Below are positions 51,166 through 60,549 of a DNA stretch of 64,000 nucleotides, piece after piece. Each line of letters starts with the position of its first letter. The first letter of the stretch is position 1. Source of the DNA: Arcobacteraceae bacterium (lineage in GTDB: Bacteria; Campylobacterota; Campylobacteria; Campylobacterales; Arcobacteraceae). The position numbers were made by a program, and so were the translations under genes. Below the pieces are notes generated by a model. That model was given only the letters and a program-made list of their open reading frames with translations. It did not search any database and had not been told where the DNA came from. The stretch is from positions 2,048,001 to 2,112,000 of the forward strand of contig OY759974.1 in the NCBI GenBank assembly GCA_963662945.1, read 5' to 3'.

Positions 51166-52425
51166 TTAATGTGTCGTACACACGGAACATACATCAAAGC
51201 TTTTAAAAACTATCTGTGCTACTTGGGTATTATCTAATCCTATTATCGCTTTTTGTGAGATTCCCAAATCTTGTTTTGTCCCATTACTTAAATTCCATTG
51301 TGTTGGAGTAATGATTTGATAGTCTATAATTTGATTTTCTTTTATAGTTACTTTATGAATAAGTGATCCGCGTGCTGCTTCAACTATACCAACTCCTGTT
51401 GCATTGAGTTTAGAAATCTCAATTTTTGGTTTTATATACGAAGGTTCTTTCAAATTGATCTGTGCTATGAGCTCTTTAGAATGAATAAGTAGTTGTGGAA
51501 TTTCACAAATTCTTGCCAAAATTCTTGAAAAAATGCTATCTTGATATCGTCTATGACTATCTTTAATAAGAGGTGTTTTATTTATCATTGCACGACTTAG
51601 AGCTCCCACTTCATAGTAATAGTTTTTAAATTTTACATTTTTTGCATAAGAGTTTTTATTTGGATGTTCATTGACATATTTTACATTTATATTGTGATTT
51701 ATTTTTGTTTTTACGCCACGTCCACCTTGAAAATAACTATTGTTTCCAAAAGCAATGAATCTATCAAAACTTTTTCCTATTTTAGATATTTTTTTCTGTT
51801 TTAAAGTATTTAAAATAAGAGGTAAATCTCCTGTAGCACTTAAAATCTTTTCAACACTTTCACAAGCTAAAAAATCTTCAATATTTGCATTGATAAGAGT
51901 ATCTTGGTAGAATTTAATAACTTCATCTATATAGTTTTCCATTTTTAATAAATCTGTGCTTGTGATTTCACTTACAATTCCACCAACAATAGCATAAGAG
52001 TTATGTGGATATTGTCCAGCTATGGTAGCAATTGCTTTTGACATAAGTTGTGAAGGATATGTTGCACCTTTTATATTTTGTTTAAATCCCAGAAGTGGAA
52101 AAAGTGTAAGATATATCCATTTAAAATGATTTTGAATTATCTCAAAATTTAGTGTCAGTTCTCGTGCTATTTTAGCTTTTTGTGAAATCTCAATGTTCTC
52201 ATAACAATTTTCAAGTGCTTGAACTGTGGCAATGAGATGTGCATGATTACAAATGCCACAGACTCTTGGATTGATTACAAGTGCATCAAGAGGATTTTTT
52301 CCTTTGAGTATATTTTCTATATGTCTTGAACTTGTAAACTCAATATCTACAAAATCTATTTTTTTATTTGTAAAACTAAAATTAAGTTTCGCTTCACCCT
52401 CTATTTTTTCTATAAGTTCTATCAT
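51166..52425 (-). CDS. Cytoplasmic group 2-type (2d-like) [NiFe]-hydrogenase large subunit
   Basis: EKIEGE, PRVCGICNHAH, DVCSVCTTH-stop (no C-terminal extension). Confidence 0.88.
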   Translation of the reverse strand: MIELIEKIEGEAKLNFSFTNKKIDFVDIEFTSSRHIENILKGKNPLDALVINPRVCGICNHAHLIATVQALENCYENIEISQKAKIARELTLNFEIIQNHFKWIYLTLFPLLGFKQNIKGATYPSQLMSKAIATIAGQYPHNSYAIVGGIVSEITSTDLLKMENYIDEVIKFYQDTLINANIEDFLACESVEKILSATGDLPLILNTLKQKKISKIGKSFDRFIAFGNNSYFQGGRGVKTKINHNINVKYVNEHPNKNSYAKNVKFKNYYYEVGALSRAMINKTPLIKDSHRRYQDSIFSRILARICEIPQLLIHSKELIAQINLKEPSYIKPKIEISKLNATGVGIVEAARGSLIHKVTIKENQIIDYQIITPTQWNLSNGTKQDLGISQKAIIGLDNTQVAQIVFKSFDVCSVCTTH

Positions 52426-53291
52426 CAGTTGTCCATCAGTTTTATTTCAAATCTCTCTATTTTAAAAGCTTTTGCAACACCAGCTAGTGAAAGGTAAGCG
52501 CGTTTTGGAACTCCTAATGGAAGATTTTGTGGTATCCCCATATTTTTCTTGGTTTCAAAAAGATTTTCTTTTGGAAAAGTTGGTTCTGTACATCCCATAC
52601 AAGGATGTCCTACTCGTGTTTTTGAGTTTATTTCATTCCAAAGTATTTTATTACAACTACCATTTGTATAGGGTCCTTGACATCCATGGTCATAAAACAT
52701 ACATCCTTCTAAATTACCAAATTTATGATTATCAATTTTATATTCAAAATATTCGTTTCTTGTACAACCATTATGTATAGTAGTTGCATAAAATTCTTTT
52801 GGTCTAAGATAAGGATCTAATTGAAGTTCGTAATCTTTTTTTATACTGTATAAAGTATTAACCAAAATTTCTGGATGAATAGGGCAACCAGAGATATTAA
52901 TAGTTTTATTTTTTAAGTGTTGATATCTGTTATGGACTAATTTTTGTCTAAAATGAAGACCATATTTACTATTTTCATTATTTAAAAAAATACCACCAAA
53001 AGCGGCACAAGTTCCAACAGTGATGATTTTTTTTGCTTTGCTACCATATTGTTCTATGATAGTTTTTATATCTACATCGGCTTTTGTATGACCATCTTCT
53101 AGAGTCCCATCAATAAGTAACACATCACAAGGTAGATCTTTAGAAACAACATCTTGTAAACTATAATTAGTTTCTAAAGTAGGGTGATAAATAAAAGTAA
53201 AGTCTTGTAAAAACTTTTCAATATGGGGATAATTTAAAAACGAGTGTACATTTCCATGACATGAAAGTAAATTAAGCCATAAAAGTTTCAT
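52425..53291 (-). CDS. Cytoplasmic group 2-type [NiFe]-hydrogenase small subunit
   Basis: SCHGN, GTCAAFGG, SGCP, HNGCTRNEYF, GCQGP, CMGC; no Tat signal. Confidence 0.88.
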   Translation of the reverse strand: MKLLWLNLLSCHGNVHSFLNYPHIEKFLQDFTFIYHPTLETNYSLQDVVSKDLPCDVLLIDGTLEDGHTKADVDIKTIIEQYGSKAKKIITVGTCAAFGGIFLNNENSKYGLHFRQKLVHNRYQHLKNKTINISGCPIHPEILVNTLYSIKKDYELQLDPYLRPKEFYATTIHNGCTRNEYFEYKIDNHKFGNLEGCMFYDHGCQGPYTNGSCNKILWNEINSKTRVGHPCMGCTEPTFPKENLFETKKNMGIPQNLPLGVPKRAYLSLAGVAKAFKIERFEIKLMDN

Positions 53292-53294
53292 AAA

Positions 53295-53882
53295 CTATAC
53301 TTTGAGAGCCTTATAAATGTTATTACTAATATCATCTATATAGCTGTTAAGGTCATTTGGGAGGATATTTTCACCTTTTAAGAAAACCATACCACCTAAA
53401 TATCCCATAAATAAACCAAAAGCACTAAAAAAGTCTTGGTCTCTAAGTTCTTCATTTTTAACGCCATCTTCAAAATAAATCATAATCTCTGTTACAAAAT
53501 CATTAACACAAATCATCCCCTCACAGCCATCTTTAAATACTTCTCGATTTGATAAAAAGACTCTTAAAAAATAGTCAATCATCTCAGGGCGTAAGTTTGC
53601 TGTTTGAAAATATACTGTAACAATTTGTTTTGTTTTTTCTTGGGTTGAGATATCTTTTTCATTAATACTTTTGAGTTGTTCACCTAAATATTGTGAGATA
53701 TGTTTAATAATCTCTTTTGCTAAAATATCTTTTGATTTGAAGTAGTTGTACATATTTCCTACACTCATTTTTAAAGCTTTGGCAATATCAGGTATAGTAG
53801 TTGTATAGAAACCATTTTTTGCAAAAAGTTCCAAGGCACCTTGGATAATAAATTCTTTTTTTAACTCTTTTTTAGTTTTCAA
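53295..53882 (-). CDS. TetR/AcrR-family regulator
   Basis: ALELFAKNGFYTTTIPDIAK...GNMYNYFKSKD; TTG start after AGGA. Confidence 0.93.
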   Translation of the reverse strand: MKTKKELKKEFIIQGALELFAKNGFYTTTIPDIAKALKMSVGNMYNYFKSKDILAKEIIKHISQYLGEQLKSINEKDISTQEKTKQIVTVYFQTANLRPEMIDYFLRVFLSNREVFKDGCEGMICVNDFVTEIMIYFEDGVKNEELRDQDFFSAFGLFMGYLGGMVFLKGENILPNDLNSYIDDISNNIYKALKV

Positions 53883-54004
53883 TGTAATCTTCCTATAAAC
53901 TTTTATTGCCTATTATACAATTTATGGTATAAAAGTATGTAATTGTAATTTTTTAGTAACTAAACTATGTTATATTTCTAATATTGAAAAAAGGTGGAAG
54001 CTAT

Positions 54005-55762
54005 ATGTCTGAATATGTTTTAATGTTGATATTTTTACCTTTGGTCTTTGCTGTAGCAATACTTTTTAATAGTGTGAGAGTCCGAAATATTGCTACTTAT
54101 TTGTTTGTTGGATTCTTGATTGTTATTTCTTTGAAATTATTTTTATCTAAAACAATTATTGAACTTAATTTTAATCATATGGTGCATACTGTTTTTCTTG
54201 TTTTAGATTTTATTCTTTTAGGATATTTTCTTTCACAAGGGGTTAAATATAAAGATAAACTTATAGGTGTATTTGCAAGTATACAATTGGTATTATTTGT
54301 GGTATTTTTACAGTTTTTTCCAACTATAACTTCTCACGATATTATAGTTGATAAAGTATCATTTGTGATGTTACTGATTGTAAATATTATTGGTGGGATT
54401 ATTATTATTTATTCTTTACAATATATTCAAAGTGAAGATTTTAAGGCTTGTAAAAAAAATCTTTTTATCTCTATTTTATTCTTCTTTATCGGAGTGATGA
54501 ATTTAGTTGTTACTACAAATAATGTTGAGATATTTTTTCTAGCTTTTGAGCTTACAACTTTATGTTCATATATTCTTATTCGATATAGAAATGATGAACT
54601 CTCTATACAAAATGCGAGAAGAGCTTTGTGGATGAATCAAATAGGTGGCGTTGCTATTTTGTTAAGTTTATTAAGTGGAGTGTATTATTATGATACAATA
54701 TATTTTGATACTTTAATTAAACATATTAATGGATTGTTTTTACTTCCTATCTCACTTTTAGTTCTTGCAGCTTTTGTTAAAGGTGCATCAATACCTTTTG
54801 ATAAATGGCTTTTAGGGGCAATGGTAGCTCCAACTCCAGTAAGTGCAATTTTACATAGTGCAACAATGGTAAAAATAGCACCTTATCTTATTTTAAAAAT
54901 AGCCCCAGCTTTTTCCTCGACTATATCTCTTGCAGTTATATTTTTTGGAACATTTGTATTTATGTCGGCTTCTCTTTTGGCTTTAGGAAAAGATTTTTTT
55001 AAAGAGATACTTGGACTTTCTACAATTGCTCTTTTAGCCTTAATGATGGCAATGGCTTCAATTGGTACACCTGAGGCTATAAATATTTGTTTAATACTTA
55101 TTGTTTTTCATGCTATTTCTAAAGCTTTATTATTTTTACAAGCAGGTATTTTAGAAAAAGTATTTCATTTGAAATATTTACAAGATATTGATTATTTGAT
55201 AAGTAGGTCAAAACTATTGGTATTTTTTATTGTAGTGAGTTTTGCTTCTTTAACACTTCCTCCTTTTGGAGTTTTTATAGGAAAATTTGCCTCTATAGAA
55301 CTGATTTCATCTTTAATAAGTGAGAATATATTTTATATCTTCCCTTTATTATTTTTATTAATTGGTTCTGTCTTTTTAACACTTTTATATTTTAAAGTTT
55401 TAACAAAACTTATAGCTTTTGATGATCAAATACATGAAAAAGTGGTAATAGATTGGACATATAAGTTTACCTCTTTTATTTTAGTTGGGCTTTTATGTTT
55501 GGGAATTTATATAAGTTATATCAATGATTTTATGACACATATAGAGATATTAGTAGCTGGTTTTTTAATACTTGTTACTTTTGGATTATTATATATGTTA
55601 ACCTTGAAAAATATCAAAAAAGTAGCCCCTTATAATTGTGCTGAAAAAGATACAGTGCAATTAAGTGCATACTATTTTATAATTGAAGATAAATTCAAAG
55701 AATTAATAGTCTACATATCTATTTTTTTAATGGTTCTTATAGTCTATATGGGGGTAATATAA
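54005..55762 (+). CDS. echA: Ech hydrogenase subunit A (NuoL/MrpA-like antiporter subunit)
   Basis: FELTT, WLLGAMVAPTPVSAILHSATMVK, FHAISKALLF; ATG at 54005 after AAGGTGG. Confidence 0.85.
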   Translation: MSEYVLMLIFLPLVFAVAILFNSVRVRNIATYLFVGFLIVISLKLFLSKTIIELNFNHMVHTVFLVLDFILLGYFLSQGVKYKDKLIGVFASIQLVLFVVFLQFFPTITSHDIIVDKVSFVMLLIVNIIGGIIIIYSLQYIQSEDFKACKKNLFISILFFFIGVMNLVVTTNNVEIFFLAFELTTLCSYILIRYRNDELSIQNARRALWMNQIGGVAILLSLLSGVYYYDTIYFDTLIKHINGLFLLPISLLVLAAFVKGASIPFDKWLLGAMVAPTPVSAILHSATMVKIAPYLILKIAPAFSSTISLAVIFFGTFVFMSASLLALGKDFFKEILGLSTIALLALMMAMASIGTPEAINICLILIVFHAISKALLFLQAGILEKVFHLKYLQDIDYLISRSKLLVFFIVVSFASLTLPPFGVFIGKFASIELISSLISENIFYIFPLLFLLIGSVFLTLLYFKVLTKLIAFDDQIHEKVVIDWTYKFTSFILVGLLCLGIYISYINDFMTHIEILVAGFLILVTFGLLYMLTLKNIKKVAPYNCAEKDTVQLSAYYFIIEDKFKELIVYISIFLMVLIVYMGVI

Positions 55763-56595
55763 TGGAATATTTATTGATAATATTAGCTCCAATTTTTGGT
55801 GGATTGATTTATGGAATAGAGAGGGTACTTCGAGCAAGGATGCAAAATAGAATAGGACCACCAGTATTGCAACCTTTTTATGATATGTATAAATTAATGG
55901 GGAAAGAACCTTTTATAGTAAATAATTATCATATTGTATTTGCCATTATGCATCTTTTAACTTTATGGATTGCAGTAGGTTTGGTGATTTTTGGTGTAAA
56001 TCTTTTGTATGTGATATTTATACATCTTTTATCGTCAATATTTTTAGTTCTTGCTGGATATAGTGTAAACTCTGTATATTCACATATTGGTTCAAACAGA
56101 GAATTACTATCAATAGTGGCATATGAACCTATATTGATATTTGTTGCAGTTGGATTTTATATACTTAATAGTAGTTTTGATATTGAAATTATACGATCAC
56201 AAAAGAGTGAAGTTGCACAACTTTTTTTATTGTTTTTCGCATTTTTATTAGTCATACCTATTAAGTTAAAAAAATCTCCTTTTGATGCAACAGAAGCTCA
56301 CCAAGAAATTGTAGGTGGAATCGAGGTTGAGTTTAGTGGAGTATTTTTTGAGATAGTGTATATGGCAAAATGGATTGAATATGTTTTTATCTACAGTATT
56401 TTATTACTTTTTGCAGGAGATAGTTTTTTATATGGTAGTTTGATGTTTATATCTGTGTTTTTAGTGGTTAACTTAGTGGATAATGCAACAGCAAGGATAA
56501 AAATCAAAAACTTATTGCAAATTGTATTATCAATAGGTTTAATTTTAAGTATTATAAATTTAATATTAGTTGGATTAGGGGTTTTAGATGTTTGA
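55762..56595 (+). CDS. echB: Ech hydrogenase subunit B (NuoH-like)
   Basis: ARMQNRIGPPVLQPFYD, PFDATEAHQEIVGG, DNATAR. Confidence 0.85.
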   Translation: MEYLLIILAPIFGGLIYGIERVLRARMQNRIGPPVLQPFYDMYKLMGKEPFIVNNYHIVFAIMHLLTLWIAVGLVIFGVNLLYVIFIHLLSSIFLVLAGYSVNSVYSHIGSNRELLSIVAYEPILIFVAVGFYILNSSFDIEIIRSQKSEVAQLFLLFFAFLLVIPIKLKKSPFDATEAHQEIVGGIEVEFSGVFFEIVYMAKWIEYVFIYSILLLFAGDSFLYGSLMFISVFLVVNLVDNATARIKIKNLLQIVLSIGLILSIINLILVGLGVLDV

Positions 56596-57022
56596 AAAAT
56601 ATAGAAAAAAATCCCCTTGGATACTTCACTATAATGCAGGAAGTTGTAATGGTTGTGATATAGAAATTTTAGCGTGTCTTTCTCCTAAGTATGATTTAGA
56701 GAGATTTGGTGTTGTAAATACAGGAAATCCAAAGCAATCAGATATTTTTCTAGTGACTGGTCCAGTTACCTATAGAAGTAGAGAAAGACTTGTAGAGCTT
56801 TATAATCAGATGCCAAATCCAAAAGTTGTCGTTGCAGTTGGAAGCTGTACTTGTACTGGTGGAGTTTTTCGTGGTATGTATAATGTTGAAGATGGGATTG
56901 ATAGATATATCCCTGTTGATGTGTATATCCCTGGGTGTGCTGCAAGTCCTGAACTTATCATGGATGGTGTTGTAAAAGCTTTAGAAATTTTAGAAACAAA
57001 ACAAAAGGGCAATGATGATTGA
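56588..57022 (+). CDS. echC: Ech hydrogenase small subunit C (NuoB-like)
   Basis: GSCNGCDIE, AVGSC, PVDVYIPGC. Confidence 0.88.
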   Translation: MFEKYRKKSPWILHYNAGSCNGCDIEILACLSPKYDLERFGVVNTGNPKQSDIFLVTGPVTYRSRERLVELYNQMPNPKVVVAVGSCTCTGGVFRGMYNVEDGIDRYIPVDVYIPGCAASPELIMDGVVKALEILETKQKGNDD

Positions 57023-57365
57023 TAAAAGAGAAACTACTTTAAAAACAGTTGTTGAAGATATAAAAAATTTTTATGAGAAAGAAAAACATCATTTTTTAAC
57101 ACTTAATGGTCTAAAAATAGATGAGGAAACAACACAAATACAATGGATATTTGCAACTTATAGAGAAGTTGATACTCTAACAATGTTTTATGTAAATGTA
57201 AAACAGTATGAGGTAGTACCAAGTATTGTAGAGATACTTCCTAGTGCGATAATCTCACAAAGGGAGATTGTAGATATGTTTGGTATTGATATTGAAGGAA
57301 GTAGTAAAGGACTTTACTTAGACGAAGACAGTGAGCAGATGCCACTGGGAAGTTGTGGGATATAA
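57012..57365 (+). CDS. echD: Ech hydrogenase subunit D (NuoC-like)
   Basis: VPSIVEILPSA...REIVDMFGI; position in the operon. Confidence 0.8.
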   Translation: MMIDKRETTLKTVVEDIKNFYEKEKHHFLTLNGLKIDEETTQIQWIFATYREVDTLTMFYVNVKQYEVVPSIVEILPSAIISQREIVDMFGIDIEGSSKGLYLDEDSEQMPLGSCGI

Positions 57366-57367
57366 TT

Positions 57368-58459
57368 ATGGCAAATAAAAAAATTATCAATATACCACTT
57401 GGAAGTCAGCATATCTCACTTTTAGAACCAGTTAAATTTAAATTTGCATGTGAAAATGAAAAAATAGTTGCAGTAGATAGTGATGTTGGATTTGTACATA
57501 GAGGGATAGAAAAAGCGTGTACTACTAAGTTTAATTTTGATGCAGTACCGTATGTTGTAGCTAGAATTTGTGGGCTTTGTGCTATTACACACTCTCTTTG
57601 TTATACAACAGCTGTGGAGAGTTTACTAGAAGGTGAAATAACACAAAAAGCAAAATATCTTCGTATATTACTTGTAGAACTTGATCGTATCCACTCACAT
57701 ATGTTGTGTTTATCTCACACAGCAGAAAATGCAGGATTTGAAGCTATGTTTATGCAAATCATGGGTGATAGAGAATATGTGATGGACTTGCAAGAGAAAA
57801 TCACAGGAAATAGGATACAGTTTGACTATGTCAGTATAGGTGGGGTAAATCGTGATATTACAACTGATATTATCAAAGATATTAAAACAAATCTAAAATT
57901 GATAAAATCAAAAGTAGATGAGTATATTTATGAGTTTACAAACAATTGGAGTTTATCACTAAAGTTTCAAAATATAGGAACTTTAACGTTAGAGGAAGCA
58001 TATGATTACAATGCCATAGGACCACTTGCTCGGGCAGCTGGGTTAGCAACGGATGTAAGAAGTGAGACAAATTATCTTCCTTATGATGAGGTGGGATATA
58101 AAATGCAAGTGTCAATTTTGGGTGATATACATTCACGAAATATTGTGAGACTTAAAGAGATTTTAAATTCTATACAGATGTGTGAAAATATTGTAGATGG
58201 ATTACCTGAAGGTGATATATTTACAAAACTTAAGGGGAAACCAAATGGAGAAGCTCTTATAAGACTGGAAGCACCAAGAGGTGAGTTAATGTATTATATA
58301 AAAGGGGAGGGGAAACCACTTTTAAATCGTATGCGGATTAAAACGCCAACATTTTCTTGTATCCCAGCTTTTATGGAAGTGTTTAAAGGTTCAAACTATG
58401 CAGATGCACCAGCTATATTAGCATCGTTTGACCCATGTATGTCGTGTACTGCTAAGTAG
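57368..58459 (+). CDS. echE: Ech (group 4) [NiFe]-hydrogenase large subunit E
   Basis: HRGIEK, RICGLC, EAPRGE, DPCMSCTAK-stop; ATG at 57368. Confidence 0.9.
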   Translation: MANKKIINIPLGSQHISLLEPVKFKFACENEKIVAVDSDVGFVHRGIEKACTTKFNFDAVPYVVARICGLCAITHSLCYTTAVESLLEGEITQKAKYLRILLVELDRIHSHMLCLSHTAENAGFEAMFMQIMGDREYVMDLQEKITGNRIQFDYVSIGGVNRDITTDIIKDIKTNLKLIKSKVDEYIYEFTNNWSLSLKFQNIGTLTLEEAYDYNAIGPLARAAGLATDVRSETNYLPYDEVGYKMQVSILGDIHSRNIVRLKEILNSIQMCENIVDGLPEGDIFTKLKGKPNGEALIRLEAPRGELMYYIKGEGKPLLNRMRIKTPTFSCIPAFMEVFKGSNYADAPAILASFDPCMSCTAK

Positions 58460-58467
58460 GATAAAAG

Positions 58468-58866
58468 ATGTTTAGTTCAATAAAAAAAGCTTTTAAAAAC
58501 TTATTTACCAAACCACAAACTATAGACTATCCTGCCTCTCCTATAGAAAAACCTGCAGGTCATAGAGGACTTATAGAGTATGGGGAAGAGCATTGTATCT
58601 ATTGTCTAAAGTGTGAAAAAGCTTGTCCACCAGGTGCGATTCTTTTTGTACCTACGGGTAATCCAAGTGAAAATCCAAAAAATAAAAAAAGCCAAGAGTA
58701 CAAATACAATTCACACCTTTGTATCTACTGTGGAGAGTGTGTAAGAGCGTGTCCAAAACCGCAAGAAGCACTATGGCAAAGTGAAAAGAAACCAATGATA
58801 GGGATAAAAGAGGATAGGGTAAATGATGGTTGGTTTGAGATAGAGGCTTTGAAAAAATCTAAATAA
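58468..58866 (+). CDS. echF: Ech hydrogenase subunit F (2x[4Fe-4S] ferredoxin-like)
   Basis: CIYCLKCEKACP and CIYCGECVRACP. Confidence 0.88.
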   Translation: MFSSIKKAFKNLFTKPQTIDYPASPIEKPAGHRGLIEYGEEHCIYCLKCEKACPPGAILFVPTGNPSENPKNKKSQEYKYNSHLCIYCGECVRACPKPQEALWQSEKKPMIGIKEDRVNDGWFEIEALKKSK

Positions 58867-58978
58867 TATTGAAGTTTAAAAAGAGTAATTCTAATATTTT
58901 AGGTAAATTTACTATTTTAAGTCAGATGTAAATTTAAATATAATAACATTAATGATAACTATTAAAAGGAAAATAAAA

Positions 58979-59263
58979 ATGATTAGAGAAAAGTATAAAA
59001 TATATTTAAAATATCTTTATGAAAATGAATATCAAATTGAATTTTCTACAGAAACTCTTAATGAATTTCTCGAAAATAAATTAAACTGTAGTAAAAATGA
59101 ATTTCAGTTAATTCACAAAAAAGCTATCGAGAAAAAACATATTTTTATTAACAATGGCATATACTGTCTTTCTTTTGATGGAATTGACTATTGTGAACAT
59201 TGTTGTTTAACTGGGGATAAATTATCAGATTCTAAACTTGATTTAAACTATCAACCTATTTAA
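58979..59263 (+). CDS. Hypothetical small protein (possible winged helix, Cys-rich end)
   Basis: AAAGGA RBS before ATG 58979; YCLSFDGIDYCE resembles a wHTH wing. Confidence 0.5.
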   Translation: MIREKYKIYLKYLYENEYQIEFSTETLNEFLENKLNCSKNEFQLIHKKAIEKKHIFINNGIYCLSFDGIDYCEHCCLTGDKLSDSKLDLNYQPI

Positions 59264-59460
59264 ATTTTTGAAGAATCAAAAAAACACTTTCATCATTTTA
59301 ATTTCTCTCGTTCTATCTTCTCCTGAGGTGGAATACATACTATTAAGTAATCAAATAAAGTAAAACTACAAATTTTACAAAACATTACATTGTGCAATAT
59401 TTTTAACCTCAAATCAAAAAAGATGATAAGATAAATATAAATAACTAGAAAGATATCTTA

Positions 59461-59491
59461 TTGACATTTTTATATAATAAATATATAATAA
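59461..59491 (+). promoter_or_regulatory. Consensus sigma70 promoter of the TA operon
   Basis: TTGACA-17 nt-TATAAT (59461-59489) overlapped by two TATATAATAA direct repeats. Confidence 0.75.
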
Positions 59492-59521
59492 CTATATCTT
59501 TTCTATACTTTGGAGGGATAG

Positions 59522-59791
59522 ATGTATTTTGAATACGATAAACAAAAAAGTATGAAAAATAAAGAGAAACATGGTATTAGTTTTGAAGAAGCAAAATTAT
59601 TATGGAATGATGAAGCAACTGTAATACCTGCAAAAGATATTAATGGTGAGATGAGATATGCACTTATATCAAGACTACAAGATAAATGTTTTGTAGCAAT
59701 TTTTACCATAAGAGATGAAAAATATCGTATTATAAGTGTAAGAAGATGTCGAAAAAATGAGGTGACAATTTATGAAAAAAATAACAACTGA
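59522..59791 (+). CDS. brnT: BrnT-family type II toxin
   Basis: FEYDKQKSMKNKEKHGISFEEA...RIISVR. Confidence 0.9.
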   Translation: MYFEYDKQKSMKNKEKHGISFEEAKLLWNDEATVIPAKDINGEMRYALISRLQDKCFVAIFTIRDEKYRIISVRRCRKNEVTIYEKNNN

Positions 59792-60038
59792 AGAATTTGA
59801 TACAAAATTTGACAATCAAGAAGATATAAGTTCCTATTTAGATGAAACAAAATCCCTAAAACTAGCTGATTTTGATAAAACAATAAAAACAAAAAAAATA
59901 AATGTAGATTTTCCAGAGAATATTTTGATACAACTTGACCAAGAAGCTAAAAGAATAGGGGTAACAAGACAATCTATCATAAAAGTTTGGATTGCAGAGC
60001 GATTAAAAGAGGAACAAAAATATAAATTCGTAGGATAA
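59772..60038 (+). CDS. BrnA/CopG-type RHH antitoxin
   Basis: EEFDTKFD, KKINVDFP...LDQEAKRIGVTRQSIIKVWIAERL; overlaps the toxin gene. Confidence 0.88.
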   Translation: MKKITTEEFDTKFDNQEDISSYLDETKSLKLADFDKTIKTKKINVDFPENILIQLDQEAKRIGVTRQSIIKVWIAERLKEEQKYKFVG

Positions 60039-60054
60039 GAGAATACAAAAATAA

Positions 60055-60096
60055 TTGATATACATCAATGCAACTATTCTAAAATCTTTCTATAAT
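60055..60096 (+). promoter_or_regulatory. FNR/DNR/NssR-type box with class II promoter
   Basis: TTGAT-ATAC-ATCAA (60055-60068); TATAAT at 60091-60096. Confidence 0.8.
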
Positions 60097-60121
60097 TTCT
60101 TAAAATAATTAAGGAATAAAA

Positions 60122-60547
60122 ATGACAATAAATCAATTTATGACAGCAGACCATAGAGCTTGTGATGAGCAGTTTGCAAATCTTGAAAATATAGTAGATA
60201 GTGGAAACTTTGAGGGTGGAAAAACAATGTATGATGAGTTTGAAAAGCATATGTTACACCACTTTGATATGGAAGAGAAAGTTATGTTTAAAGAGTTCAA
60301 TGAATGTGGAGGAGGGCATTGTAATCCTACTGGTGTGATGATTATGGAGCATGAACAAATGAGAGCTTTATTTACTCAGATGAAAGATGCCATTGAACTA
60401 AATGATAAGGAAAGATTTTTAGGATTAAGTGAAAATCTTTTATTTGTGATGCAACAACACAATATGAAAGAGGAGCAAATGATGTACAATATGGCTGATG
60501 AAAATCTTCCAAGTGATGAGATTATCCAAAAGATGCAAAATATCTAA
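60122..60547 (+). CDS. Hemerythrin-like (HHE) domain protein
   Basis: DHRACD, HFDMEEKVMF, MEHEQMR, QHNMKEEQMMY. Confidence 0.9.
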   Translation: MTINQFMTADHRACDEQFANLENIVDSGNFEGGKTMYDEFEKHMLHHFDMEEKVMFKEFNECGGGHCNPTGVMIMEHEQMRALFTQMKDAIELNDKERFLGLSENLLFVMQQHNMKEEQMMYNMADENLPSDEIIQKMQNI

Positions 60548-60549
60548 AT

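Noticed and set aside
46079-58459. Selenocysteine ([NiFeSe]) or recoding in hydrogenase large subunits
   Set aside because: All three C-terminal motifs contain ordinary Cys codons in uninterrupted frames
54005-58866. Operon as NADH dehydrogenase (nuo) or formate hydrogenlyase
   Set aside because: The large subunit has both Ni-binding CxxC motifs, there are only six genes, and no fdh or hyf-specific subunits are present
59295-59390. Minus-strand 30-codon frame (..VCIPPQEKIEREKLK) as a type I R-M HsdS remnant
   Set aside because: Too short, no RBS, and the similarity is limited to a few residues
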